Source of the DNA: a virus
Strand: one strand, 5' to 3'
DNA: 64,000 nucleotides
Virus record (IMG/VR): IMGVR_UViG_3300048854_000232
Coordinates: 230,600-294,599 of that record
Under the pieces are notes generated by a model that made no database searches, was not told the origin of the DNA, and worked only from the letters and a program-made list of their open reading frames with translations. Positions 1 through 8,457 of this stretch are shown in pieces (the stretch's first letter is position 1; every line of letters starts with the position of its first letter). Position numbers and translations under genes: made by a program.

Positions 1-54
1 GCCGCTGTTGGATAAAGTGTTCGACTGCTTTGTCCCCCTTACCAGGATCTCGTA

Positions 55-681
55 ATGTTCATCAACGCAAGCAGTATCGAGAACTTCGACCATCGCATTG
101 TCGAGGGTGTTCACGTCACACACAAGTTCGGCGGGCATGTGTTCAAGGTTCTCAAGGCCGACCACTCCAGTGCCGTCTTGACCGTGGAGTGCGTGCATTG
201 CGAGGAAGACTGCTGGATGAAAGTCGGCGAGACCGAGGACAACCTCATCCGCCGTTACAGCTACCTGACCCCACTGGAGGCTGAGATCATGATGGGATTG
301 AAACCTACCTCGAAACCGGAACCGCCGGTGAAGCCCAACACGATCCAGTTCCGCTGGCATCGCGGTACGCTAGACGAATCGATGGCCACGGCCGTCCAGA
401 TCGAACCCACGATCGCCGCCCTGATGGCGGTGCTCAACAAGGACGCTCTGGTGCAGACCGTGGTCACGGAACTGCAGATTGAGTTCTACGCCTTCGATGA
501 GCGCATCCAACAACCCCTGTACATGGTCAGCAGTAAGACGCAAGGTGTGTTTGGTTGGCTCGACCATCCGTTGCGCGACTTTGCCACCACGCCGTATGTT
601 CCGGTCGACGAAACCGCGACGATGGCCTCGTCATTTCAGTCGATGCTACGAGACCTCGTTAATCGACAAGCAACCAAGTGA
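55..681 (+). CDS. hypothetical phage protein
   Basis: 208 aa ORF with AGGA upstream; C-terminal FRWHRGTLDESM segment resembles small phage proteins. Confidence 0.7.
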   Translation: MFINASSIENFDHRIVEGVHVTHKFGGHVFKVLKADHSSAVLTVECVHCEEDCWMKVGETEDNLIRRYSYLTPLEAEIMMGLKPTSKPEPPVKPNTIQFRWHRGTLDESMATAVQIEPTIAALMAVLNKDALVQTVVTELQIEFYAFDERIQQPLYMVSSKTQGVFGWLDHPLRDFATTPYVPVDETATMASSFQSMLRDLVNRQATK

Positions 682-697
682 CCAGGTAACCGAAACT

Positions 698-724
698 GTT
701 TCAACCACACATTACCCTTGTACA
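698..724 (+). promoter_or_regulatory. putative phage early promoter (TTTCAAnnAyACATTAC motif)
   Basis: GTTTCAACCACACATTACCCTTGTA in an intergenic gap; near-identical copies at 3865, 22143, 42781; resembles the phiKZ early TATTAC motif. Confidence 0.6.
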
Positions 725-747
725 CACCAGAGTCCTAGGGAGCGACT

Positions 748-1371
748 ATGAACGACAATGTGATAAACATGGGTGATGCGCGCGCTGCGTTCCAGCACGC
801 CTCTGCTCATCAGCGGTTGAAAGGGTCGGGCATGCCGGACTGGCTGATCGATGCGGTGATCGCCTACGGCAAAGCACACAACTCGGAACTGGCCAAGCAT
901 CTCAAGGTCACACCGTCGGATGATCCCCTGGTTGCGTTTAACATCCAATCGGAGGCGGACGACGACCAGACCTGGATGTTTAGCGTGCTGGGCGCGGCCG
1001 AGGGCGACGATGACGAACTCAGGGCGTTTACGCTGCGAGTCATCCAAGAAGGAGAGATGGACTTCGTCAACACTGACGTGGTGCATTCGGGTCGACTGAC
1101 CGACGGGGAAGAGATCATGCAACCCCTTCAGCCGTACTTCGATTGGCTGACGACCGCGGTGGGTGAAGGCGGCGTCCCCTCGTTGTTGGGCACTCTCCCG
1201 GCGCTGTTTGCATACATGATGGTTTACAGTCTCGTCATCCGCAAGCGCATGGAATCCAACGGCGAATTCACCATGTTCTTCTGGCGCACAGAGTCCGTCA
1301 GTGGCAGGGGCGACTTCTTGGAAGTCCGCGTTCATTTCGACACCATCGAAGCGCTTAATAACCGCACTTAA
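748..1371 (+). CDS. hypothetical protein
   Basis: 207 aa ORF with GGGGAG RBS, downstream of the promoter motif. Confidence 0.75.
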   Translation: MNDNVINMGDARAAFQHASAHQRLKGSGMPDWLIDAVIAYGKAHNSELAKHLKVTPSDDPLVAFNIQSEADDDQTWMFSVLGAAEGDDDELRAFTLRVIQEGEMDFVNTDVVHSGRLTDGEEIMQPLQPYFDWLTTAVGEGGVPSLLGTLPALFAYMMVYSLVIRKRMESNGEFTMFFWRTESVSGRGDFLEVRVHFDTIEALNNRT

Positions 1372-1413
1372 CGATAACCTTTCGGGCCACCTGGCCCATC
1401 ACTGGGAAGCACC

Positions 1414-1965
1414 ATGCAACACGATACGACTCAAGGGACCACTCGCGTAGAACGGATCAATTACGCGGCGATGGTTGAAGAGCTGAGTGTGAAATCCGCA
1501 CAATATCGCCAACGGCTGCTCGCCGATGACCCGACTAATTTCGAAATTATCACGCGCCGCGACTCCGATTACCTCAGCATGTACGGTATTGGGGTGACGG
1601 GTCCCCGACAGACAGGTAAGACGTTCCTGGCCTACGACATGATGTTGGAAGATTCCGACACCCTCATGGTCGTGGTAAATTCCCTGTTTGCTACGGCGGC
1701 GATAGATAACATCGTGCACCTGTCCGCAGACAGTCTTGATCTGGATCGACTGAAGTGGCGGATTGCGACGGGACGAGATGTTCTGCGCGTCAATGCCTTC
1801 GCCCAGTCTAACCCGTTGGACCCAGACAACCCGCTACACACGGTCAAGCGCGTGGTGGTGGATGAGGCCTATTACATCCAGGACAAATGCGGCGCTACCT
1901 TGCGCGACATCGCCCACTGGGCGCGTCTGGGTGGACAGAGTCCCGAGATCGTTATCATCAACTGA
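1414..1965 (+). CDS. small P-loop NTPase (terminase/helicase ATPase-like)
   Basis: Walker A GPRQTGKT and Walker B VVVDEA in 183 aa. Confidence 0.65.
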   Translation: MQHDTTQGTTRVERINYAAMVEELSVKSAQYRQRLLADDPTNFEIITRRDSDYLSMYGIGVTGPRQTGKTFLAYDMMLEDSDTLMVVVNSLFATAAIDNIVHLSADSLDLDRLKWRIATGRDVLRVNAFAQSNPLDPDNPLHTVKRVVVDEAYYIQDKCGATLRDIAHWARLGGQSPEIVIIN

Positions 1966-2040
1966 TTCGCTTTTAGGAGCACCACCGACACGGTTGTCAA
2001 AACCCTTCTGCTGTCTAAACATAAACAAGGAACATGTCAC

Positions 2041-2490
2041 ATGCAGGAACTCATTACCGTTCGCACCGGCATCAGCCACGAGCACATCGGCACCGAGCTG
2101 GTCGAACTCATCGCCCAGCAGCTGCAGATCGAAGGCGGTAACGCGGACCAGGTCGTCCAGGGCGATTTGCTCTTCGGCATGACGATCCCCTCGATCCGGA
2201 TCGAGTACGAAGCCTCGTACAACATCGTCAGCAGCGATGGTGCGTACACCTTCGCCCAGACGGTCAACCTCGCCGGCGAAGGCGACGACGAAGACGCCGT
2301 ACCGCTGCGTCTGATGGAACTGCGTGCCGCTTGGCTCAACCGCAGCTACCGTGACGTCATGCGTGGTATCGCCAACATTGGCGCCGCCATCGAGAATGGC
2401 AGTCACGTACTGCCGGCCGGTACCTCGGCTGCGAAGTACCTCAGCGACCTCGCATACGCCGCGGTGGACGCATTTCCCGCGTCGAACTGA
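2041..2490 (+). CDS. hypothetical protein
   Basis: 149 aa ORF, AAGGA RBS, strongly biased codon usage. Confidence 0.75.
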   Translation: MQELITVRTGISHEHIGTELVELIAQQLQIEGGNADQVVQGDLLFGMTIPSIRIEYEASYNIVSSDGAYTFAQTVNLAGEGDDEDAVPLRLMELRAAWLNRSYRDVMRGIANIGAAIENGSHVLPAGTSAAKYLSDLAYAAVDAFPASN

Positions 2491-2503
2491 TCGGGGCATA
2501 ATG

Positions 2504-2530
2504 CGCTAGCCCTTCGGGGCTAGCGTTCTC
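2504..2530 (+). terminator. hairpin terminator
   Basis: CGCTAGCCC-TTCG-GGGCTAGCG, preceded by GGCATA. Confidence 0.6.
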
Positions 2531-2547
2531 ATTCAAGGAAGTTTGTC

Positions 2548-3213
2548 GTGCAAGTACCTCTGATTCTGTTTTCCGGTGGTCTGGACTCCACCTACCTGCT
2601 CAACTTTCGTTTGAAGCATGCGCCCGCCGACACGCTTTATGTCAGTGGTGGCCAGCATCCGTTGAAGATCGAAGCAGAGACCAAAGCATCCGCCAAGATT
2701 CTCAAGTTGATCGAAGCCGATCAGCCGTACAAAGTGCGCAACCGTCTGACCCTCGATTCGCTATCCTTCGCCGGCGCTCCTGCAACGGGCTTTACCCAAG
2801 CCCCTGCGTGGTTGTTCGCCGCGTTGTACCACGCCGATCCCGAGGTCCATAACGCGGTCGACATTGCCTACGTGATGGGTGATGAGATCACTGGCTGCAT
2901 CCATCAACTGGAGCGTGCCTGGGAAGCGCTGTGGTCGGTGGGCAAGCAGGGTCCGTTGGTTCCGCTACAGTTCCCGCTCAAGATGCACCGTAAGGCGCAG
3001 TTTCTCCAGGAGCTGCCGCAGAAGATCCTCGACGAGGTCTGGGTGTGCGAGGTGCCGACCAAGCCCGGTAAGACCATCAAGGCCTGCGGTCAATGTGCGG
3101 CATGCGTTCGCTCGTTCCACGAGTGGAGCCGTTTCAATAACCGCGCCACCATGCGCGCGGTCCCATCAGGCTACCGGAAGTTGGACAAAGATCCGCAAGT
3201 CATTGAGAGGTGA
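2548..3213 (+). CDS. queC: QueC-like PP-loop ATPase (7-cyano-7-deazaguanine synthase family)
   Basis: N-terminal FSGGLDST PP-loop; C-terminal Zn motif WVC...CGQCAACVR. Confidence 0.8.
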   Translation: MQVPLILFSGGLDSTYLLNFRLKHAPADTLYVSGGQHPLKIEAETKASAKILKLIEADQPYKVRNRLTLDSLSFAGAPATGFTQAPAWLFAALYHADPEVHNAVDIAYVMGDEITGCIHQLERAWEALWSVGKQGPLVPLQFPLKMHRKAQFLQELPQKILDEVWVCEVPTKPGKTIKACGQCAACVRSFHEWSRFNNRATMRAVPSGYRKLDKDPQVIER

Positions 3214-3216
3214 GTC

Positions 3217-3543
3217 ATGTTCCTTAAGAAGGTGATCCCTAAGACCGTTCCCAATACCGATCCGCGTGTTCGCGATCAGAACCCCGAACGGATGATGTCG
3301 CCGATCGAGCGCGAAGCCGTGGCGATTCGATACTACGGTTGGGCACCGCATCCGCCCTTTGGTGCCCGCCTCGTTATCGCCGACCGCGATATCTTGAAGT
3401 CGGTCAACAATCGGGACATTCCCGACGAGGTACCGCATCACCTGATGGACCTGACGCCGGAACAGCGTGCGTGGGTTCTCGCACTGCCCTACGAGATACG
3501 GGTCAACTACGACCTTCCCCTCAACGAACAATTACCGCCTTAA
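3217..3543 (+). CDS. hypothetical protein
   Basis: 108 aa ORF with GAGG RBS, directly after the queC-like gene. Confidence 0.6.
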   Translation: MFLKKVIPKTVPNTDPRVRDQNPERMMSPIEREAVAIRYYGWAPHPPFGARLVIADRDILKSVNNRDIPDEVPHHLMDLTPEQRAWVLALPYEIRVNYDLPLNEQLPP

Positions 3544-3610
3544 GTAACACCCGTTTGGCAGGTCACGGTGTCTGGGAGCGCCCGGACACCTTAAGAGGAA
3601 AGACGAAACA

Positions 3611-3865
3611 ATGAAGCTGTTGCTGTTAGCTGTAATTTGGATCGGTGGAAGCTTGACATTGTTTATCGACGGCTATCGAAACCCTAAGCCGGGCACCCTT
3701 CCGCAGTTCCTTCCCCTGTTGTTCGCCGCGATCCTCTGGCCACTGCTGTGGCTGACTACGGCGACCATTCTTTTTTTGGCAGGCGTGTGGTCGCTCCTTT
3801 ACACGCCCTACCTCACCTGGAAGCTTCGCCGCGAAGCACGCCCCAAGCGCCGAAAGCGTAAATAG
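3611..3865 (+). CDS. small membrane protein
   Basis: two hydrophobic segments and a basic C-terminus. Confidence 0.65.
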   Translation: MKLLLLAVIWIGGSLTLFIDGYRNPKPGTLPQFLPLLFAAILWPLLWLTTATILFLAGVWSLLYTPYLTWKLRREARPKRRKRK

Positions 3866-3893
3866 TTTCAAATATACATTACCCCTTGGTAAG
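3865..3893 (+). promoter_or_regulatory. putative phage early promoter
   Basis: GTTTCAAATATACATTACCCCTTGGTAA matches the recurring motif. Confidence 0.6.
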
Positions 3894-3921
3894 CTCCGCA
3901 TTGACGCACCCGCGTCTCCTG

Positions 3922-3950
3922 GCCCTTCCCTTTTCGGGAGGGGCTTTTGT
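3922..3950 (+). terminator. intrinsic terminator
   Basis: GCCCTTCCC-TTTTC-GGGAGGGGC followed by TTTTGTT. Confidence 0.7.
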
Positions 3951-3993
3951 TCGCTAACCCTCCTCACGTAAACCATCCATCAGGAACCCCTCG

Positions 3994-4563
3994 ATGTCCG
4001 ACCCGGCAATCTATACCCGGCCCTTGCTGCCGATCTATATCAAGAACCATTCGCGCAACACCTTCCTGATGGACAGTCGCGTCCCGGATCGGGTGGTGAC
4101 GACCGAAGCAGGAACCTTCCGCACCCGTCCCCTGAAGTTAGGTGGCATCGACCTCTTGGGTGCATGCGCCGTGCACGAGATCGGTGTGCGCTATCCCACC
4201 TACAGCACCGACTGCCTGGGGGTGGGTACGCTCAAAGTCCGCTCCGTGTTCGTGGTCAACCCGCGCGGTGAGATCATCGAGGTGGAAGTGAACGTTCCTT
4301 TCACCAAGTCGACTGAGGGTAACTACATCGATCAGCAGGTGTGGGCCACCGTCGCCCTGCCGGTTAAGTACGGCGAGCCCTGGGTGGCGGATTCCCGCCT
4401 GTCGGCGAAGGTGAACCCCGAAACGGGCATCCTTGCCTGGGCCCTGGCGCCCAGTAAACGACACGATGGATGGGCCGCCGTCGGCATCGTCCTGGACGGG
4501 GAGATCTGGTCGCATGACCGTTACGAGCAGAAGTACACCTACGCGGGAGACGCGCATGTCTAA
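3994..4563 (+). CDS. stand-alone homolog of the major capsid protein insertion domain, copy 1
   Basis: colinear motif matches to MCP aa ~230-447 (TRPLKLGGIDLLGA vs TAPLAMGPTVDLLGI; FTKSTEGN vs FVKSIEGN). Confidence 0.7.
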   Translation: MSDPAIYTRPLLPIYIKNHSRNTFLMDSRVPDRVVTTEAGTFRTRPLKLGGIDLLGACAVHEIGVRYPTYSTDCLGVGTLKVRSVFVVNPRGEIIEVEVNVPFTKSTEGNYIDQQVWATVALPVKYGEPWVADSRLSAKVNPETGILAWALAPSKRHDGWAAVGIVLDGEIWSHDRYEQKYTYAGDAHV

Positions 4564-5101
4564 GCGCCTGGATCGGGTGGTGTATATCACCCCACGCTAT
4601 CAGTCCCACGGCAACGGCGGGCTGTTCTTGACGGACACGCGCGTGCCGGACCAGTACATGACCACGCAGGACGGCGAGGTCATTATCACCCGCCCGGTCC
4701 GTAACAACGTCAGCCTGATCAATCTGTCCCGTGATGAGAGTTGGCACGCCAAAGACGGCGACAACGTGACCTACGAGCTGTGCATGGATACGTTGCGCAT
4801 TCAGTCGGTGTATCTGCTGACCCCCAATCAGCAACTCATCCAGGCCTCTTCTCCCTACCCGATGGGGTTCACCCCGACCAGTGAGGACCTCATGAAGGGG
4901 TACATCAGGGGCGGTCTCAAAGTGCCGCGTCACTCGCCGCCGACGCGGTACGACGGCTTCGTGTCAGTGGGGGTGGACATGACGGTCGATTGCAACGAGG
5001 GGATACTCCACTGGGATCCGGATGTCGGCCATGGCTTCCGTCTGCTGGCTGTGGATGCGATCGGTGAGATCCTGGTGCGCAGTCGCTCGGTGTTTTCCTA
5101 A
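4556..5101 (+). CDS. stand-alone MCP insertion domain-like protein, copy 2 (more diverged)
   Basis: paralog of 3994-4563 (FLTDTRVPD vs FLMDSRVPD; TLRIQSVYLLTP vs TLKVRSVFVVNP); ATG at 4556 with GGGAG RBS overlaps the upstream stop. Confidence 0.6.
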   Translation: MSKRLDRVVYITPRYQSHGNGGLFLTDTRVPDQYMTTQDGEVIITRPVRNNVSLINLSRDESWHAKDGDNVTYELCMDTLRIQSVYLLTPNQQLIQASSPYPMGFTPTSEDLMKGYIRGGLKVPRHSPPTRYDGFVSVGVDMTVDCNEGILHWDPDVGHGFRLLAVDAIGEILVRSRSVFS

Positions 5102-5125
5102 ACGAACCTAACAAGGAGTAAGACG

Positions 5126-5611
5126 GTGGACTCGATAGTAACCGAACCAACCTACGAAGTTATCGAGTCTACCGCTTCCTTGGACTGGAAAGCGTTCTAC
5201 CGCATGTTGATTGCGAACCGGGTACATGACACCTACTGCGCCCGAGTCCGTAGCTTTCTGTGGCGTGCTTACACCTACGGACGGCGTGGCGAGGTCCCGG
5301 TCTTTCTCTACCATCTACTGGCTCGCGTCGATGGGGAGCTCGCAGGTATCGCCTGCGTGGGCGATAACGGTAAAGGGCAGCCTTACGTGAACCTCTACGT
5401 GCGCCCTCGGTTTCGCCGTCAAGGCTTGGGTGAGGCATTGCTGTCGAAGGTGATCGCTGCCTGTCCGGACGTGTGCGCGTTTCCTACGCCTACCTCCCGG
5501 GCGTTGTACGTAAAGCATCGCCTGGAGCTCATCTCGCTCAAGCAAGCCAGCCGCGCCCTCAAAGGCATCCAGTTCCGCGCTGAGATGCGTGGACGTCCCG
5601 ATTATTTCTAG
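5126..5611 (+). CDS. GNAT-family acetyltransferase
   Basis: motif A NLYVRPRFRRQGLGEALL; AAGGAG RBS with GTG start. Confidence 0.8.
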   Translation: MDSIVTEPTYEVIESTASLDWKAFYRMLIANRVHDTYCARVRSFLWRAYTYGRRGEVPVFLYHLLARVDGELAGIACVGDNGKGQPYVNLYVRPRFRRQGLGEALLSKVIAACPDVCAFPTPTSRALYVKHRLELISLKQASRALKGIQFRAEMRGRPDYF

Positions 5612-5651
5612 GATGAACATGAACGATATCGTCATACCCGCTGAAGGTGAA

Positions 5652-6212
5652 ATGTCACGTCAGCACCGAATCATACTGGGTAGCAACTATTACGGCCTCT
5701 ACGTACTGGGCATGGCGTCCACCGACTTCGAGCGAACCGATGAAGACTGCGGCATGGACAACATTGGCGTTCCGCGCCGGTACGAGGACCTCACGGAGAA
5801 ACATCGGGAGAAGCTCCTGAGCGTGTTGGCCAACGAGGCGGAGCTGAAGAAGATGCTGAGCGAAGGCCGGCCCGTCACGGTGGCGCTGGATCCACAGCCA
5901 CCGATCGATGTTTCCGACTGGACCGGGAAACCCACCCTCAAGCTGTTCGTGTACGAGTCGCCCTATGCAGGGGAGCACCATGCGGCCGTACTTGCCTTTA
6001 CCAAAGAGCAGGCGTTGGCGTTGATCAACGCGGCGAAGGTGAAACGTTTCAACGAGGACTGGGCGGCGAAAGAGAAAGAACTTCTCGCTCGCACACCCGT
6101 CCCGTCGTACACGCCGCCCTCGTACATTTCCGCACGCGATGACGTCAAGCTCGAAGAGATCAATGAAGTCCTCGTAGGTGCGGTGCAACTTTTCGATTCC
6201 GGATACGATTAA
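5652..6212 (+). CDS. hypothetical protein
   Basis: ORF fills the gap between the GNAT and recJ; start uncertain (5613/5619/5652). Confidence 0.65.
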   Translation: MSRQHRIILGSNYYGLYVLGMASTDFERTDEDCGMDNIGVPRRYEDLTEKHREKLLSVLANEAELKKMLSEGRPVTVALDPQPPIDVSDWTGKPTLKLFVYESPYAGEHHAAVLAFTKEQALALINAAKVKRFNEDWAAKEKELLARTPVPSYTPPSYISARDDVKLEEINEVLVGAVQLFDSGYD

Positions 6213-6223
6213 TAGGATCCCTC

Positions 6224-7933
6224 ATGGCAAAGCAAACCATCCGTCGTCGTACGGTATCTGCGACCTCGGCGGCATGGCCGCAGCACGTCCATCCCGTCTT
6301 GCAGCGTATCTACGCTGCCCGCGGTATCGAGAACCCTTCCGACATCGAGCATCGCCTGGCCCGCCTGCTAAATCCCAACCTCTTGGGTGGGATGGACGTG
6401 GCGGTCGATATCCTGATCAAGTCCATCCAAGCGAACAAGCGCATCACGGTGGCCGGTGATTATGATTGCGATGGGGCCACAGGCGCCGCTGTCGCTGTCA
6501 GAGGCCTGCGTCTATTGGGGGCGACCGACGTACACTTTATCGTCCCCGATCGCTTCGTACACGGTTACGGGCTGACTCCCGAGCTGGTCAACGCGATGGA
6601 CCCCGGCACCGAAGTCATCGTCACCGTCGATAGCGGCACCTCGAGCTTCTCAGGCGTCAAGGCGGCAAAAGAAAAAGGTCTGACCGTGGTCATTACCGAC
6701 CATCACCTTCCCGGTGAGGGTCTGCCCATTGCCGATGCTATCGTGAACCCGAACTTGGATGGGGAGACTTTCCCTTCGAAGATGTTGGCGGGTGTGGGCG
6801 TGATGTTCTACCTGCTGATCGCCATGCGTGGGGAGATGCGTAACCGCGGGATCTTCTTGGATGCCGGTCCGGATCTGTCCACGCTGTTGGATCTGGTCGC
6901 GTTGGGTACGGTGGCCGATCTGGTGCCACTGGACTTCAACAACCGGATCTTGGTTGATGCGGGATTGCGCCGGATTCGCAGTGGTCAGGGTAACGCCGGT
7001 ATCAAGGCGTTGATGGAGATTGCCGAACTCCCCCCGGAACGACTGATTGCCAGTAACATCGCCTTCGGTATCGCCCCACGTCTGAATGCAGCCGGTCGGC
7101 TGGAGAACATGTCACTCGGCGTAGAGACCCTCCTGTCTGATGACTTGGGTCAGGCCCGGGTCATGGTCCGTCAGCTCGATGCGATCAACAAAGAACGCAA
7201 AGAGATGCAAGCGGAGATGGTCAACGAAGCCGAACGCATGGTCGCCACAGCTGAACACATCGACAGCATCGGCGTGGTGGTGTTCGATCCGTCCTGGCAT
7301 GCCGGTGTAGTAGGTCTGGTCGCCTCCAAGCTGAAAGAAAACCTGCATCGTCCGGTCATTGCGTTTGCGCCGGCTGGTGAAGGTAGTGATGAGGTGCGTG
7401 GTTCGGGTCGTTCGATCTCGGGCTTCCATCTGCGTGATGCCTTGGCCGTGGTCGATGCGAAGAACCCCGGTCTCATGCCGAAGTTCGGTGGGCACGCCAT
7501 GGCCGCGGGTTTGTCGTTGAAGATGGCTGACGTACCGCGCTTTGCCAAAGCCTTCGATGAAGTCGCCACCAAGATGCTGGATGAGGAGACACTGCAAGCA
7601 GTTCTCTTCACCGACGGGGAACTGCCGGCCGGACACATCAACATCCACATGGCCTACTACCTGCGTGAAGCCGGCCCGTTTGGACAGGGCTTTCCCGAGC
7701 CGATGTTCGACAACGAGTTCGAGGTAGTGGCCTGGCGTACCCTGGGTGCGAAAGGTATCAGCCTGGCCCTGAAAGATCCCCGCGATGGCGCGGTGGTCTC
7801 CGGGACCATGTTCTTCGCCGACGGCAATATCCCTCCACCGACTAAGGTGCGCGCAGCTTTTGAAATTCAGATAAACACCTGGATGGAACGGGACAGTTTA
7901 AAACTCCTCATTCGTCACCTCGAACCGATCTAA
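6224..7933 (+). CDS. recJ: single-stranded DNA exonuclease RecJ
   Basis: DHH-family motifs GDYDCDG, TVDSG, ITDHH, LGTVAD, PRLNAAGRL, RGSGRS, GGHAMAAG, PFGQGFPEP. Confidence 0.95.
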   Translation: MAKQTIRRRTVSATSAAWPQHVHPVLQRIYAARGIENPSDIEHRLARLLNPNLLGGMDVAVDILIKSIQANKRITVAGDYDCDGATGAAVAVRGLRLLGATDVHFIVPDRFVHGYGLTPELVNAMDPGTEVIVTVDSGTSSFSGVKAAKEKGLTVVITDHHLPGEGLPIADAIVNPNLDGETFPSKMLAGVGVMFYLLIAMRGEMRNRGIFLDAGPDLSTLLDLVALGTVADLVPLDFNNRILVDAGLRRIRSGQGNAGIKALMEIAELPPERLIASNIAFGIAPRLNAAGRLENMSLGVETLLSDDLGQARVMVRQLDAINKERKEMQAEMVNEAERMVATAEHIDSIGVVVFDPSWHAGVVGLVASKLKENLHRPVIAFAPAGEGSDEVRGSGRSISGFHLRDALAVVDAKNPGLMPKFGGHAMAAGLSLKMADVPRFAKAFDEVATKMLDEETLQAVLFTDGELPAGHINIHMAYYLREAGPFGQGFPEPMFDNEFEVVAWRTLGAKGISLALKDPRDGAVVSGTMFFADGNIPPPTKVRAAFEIQINTWMERDSLKLLIRHLEPI

Positions 7934-7943
7934 AGGAAGACCG

Positions 7944-8456
7944 ATGCATTTTGGGCTTATCTACAACGGCAAAACCTACCAGCTGCAATACCCGAACTTG
8001 ATCCTCGACCCCAACCAGGTCAAGCCAAAGCCAATCACTCCGTCGGATGGGGAAGTTCCCTCCAAGCCACGGCGTCCGCTGGCATGGGAACCGGTGCGTG
8101 AAGAGACCACGCACTTCTTCGATTTTATCTTCAACGATTCCAAGTGCCATCCACTCACCCTCGAACTGCAATACGCCGACGATAAGACGGTTGTGCCGGC
8201 AACCGCGGAAACGGAAGAACTGAACTTCGCCCGCTTCGTGATTTGGATGGCCCAGTACCTGAACGGCCAGTTGTACGCCACCGGAATCGATCTTCGGATC
8301 ATGTACGTCGACCAGAACAGCAGCGAAGAGCGCGAGAACGGTGGGTTGGCCACCCACCGGTGCCGCTATCCCGTACCCGCGGAGGCCTTCCAACTTGGCG
8401 CAGGCCGGATAAAGGTGACCTTGCCCCTGCAGCCGTATAACCCACCCCGGGGCTGA
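7944..8456 (+). CDS. hypothetical protein, YLxGQ paralog family
   Basis: 170 aa; contains MAQYLNGQLYA. Confidence 0.7.
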   Translation: MHFGLIYNGKTYQLQYPNLILDPNQVKPKPITPSDGEVPSKPRRPLAWEPVREETTHFFDFIFNDSKCHPLTLELQYADDKTVVPATAETEELNFARFVIWMAQYLNGQLYATGIDLRIMYVDQNSSEERENGGLATHRCRYPVPAEAFQLGAGRIKVTLPLQPYNPPRG

Positions 8457-8457
8457 T

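Noticed and set aside
3626-3976. Minus-strand ORF with AGGAG about 14 nt before an internal ATG
   Set aside because: RBS spacing is too long, it overlaps a credible + strand membrane gene, and the region is otherwise all + strand
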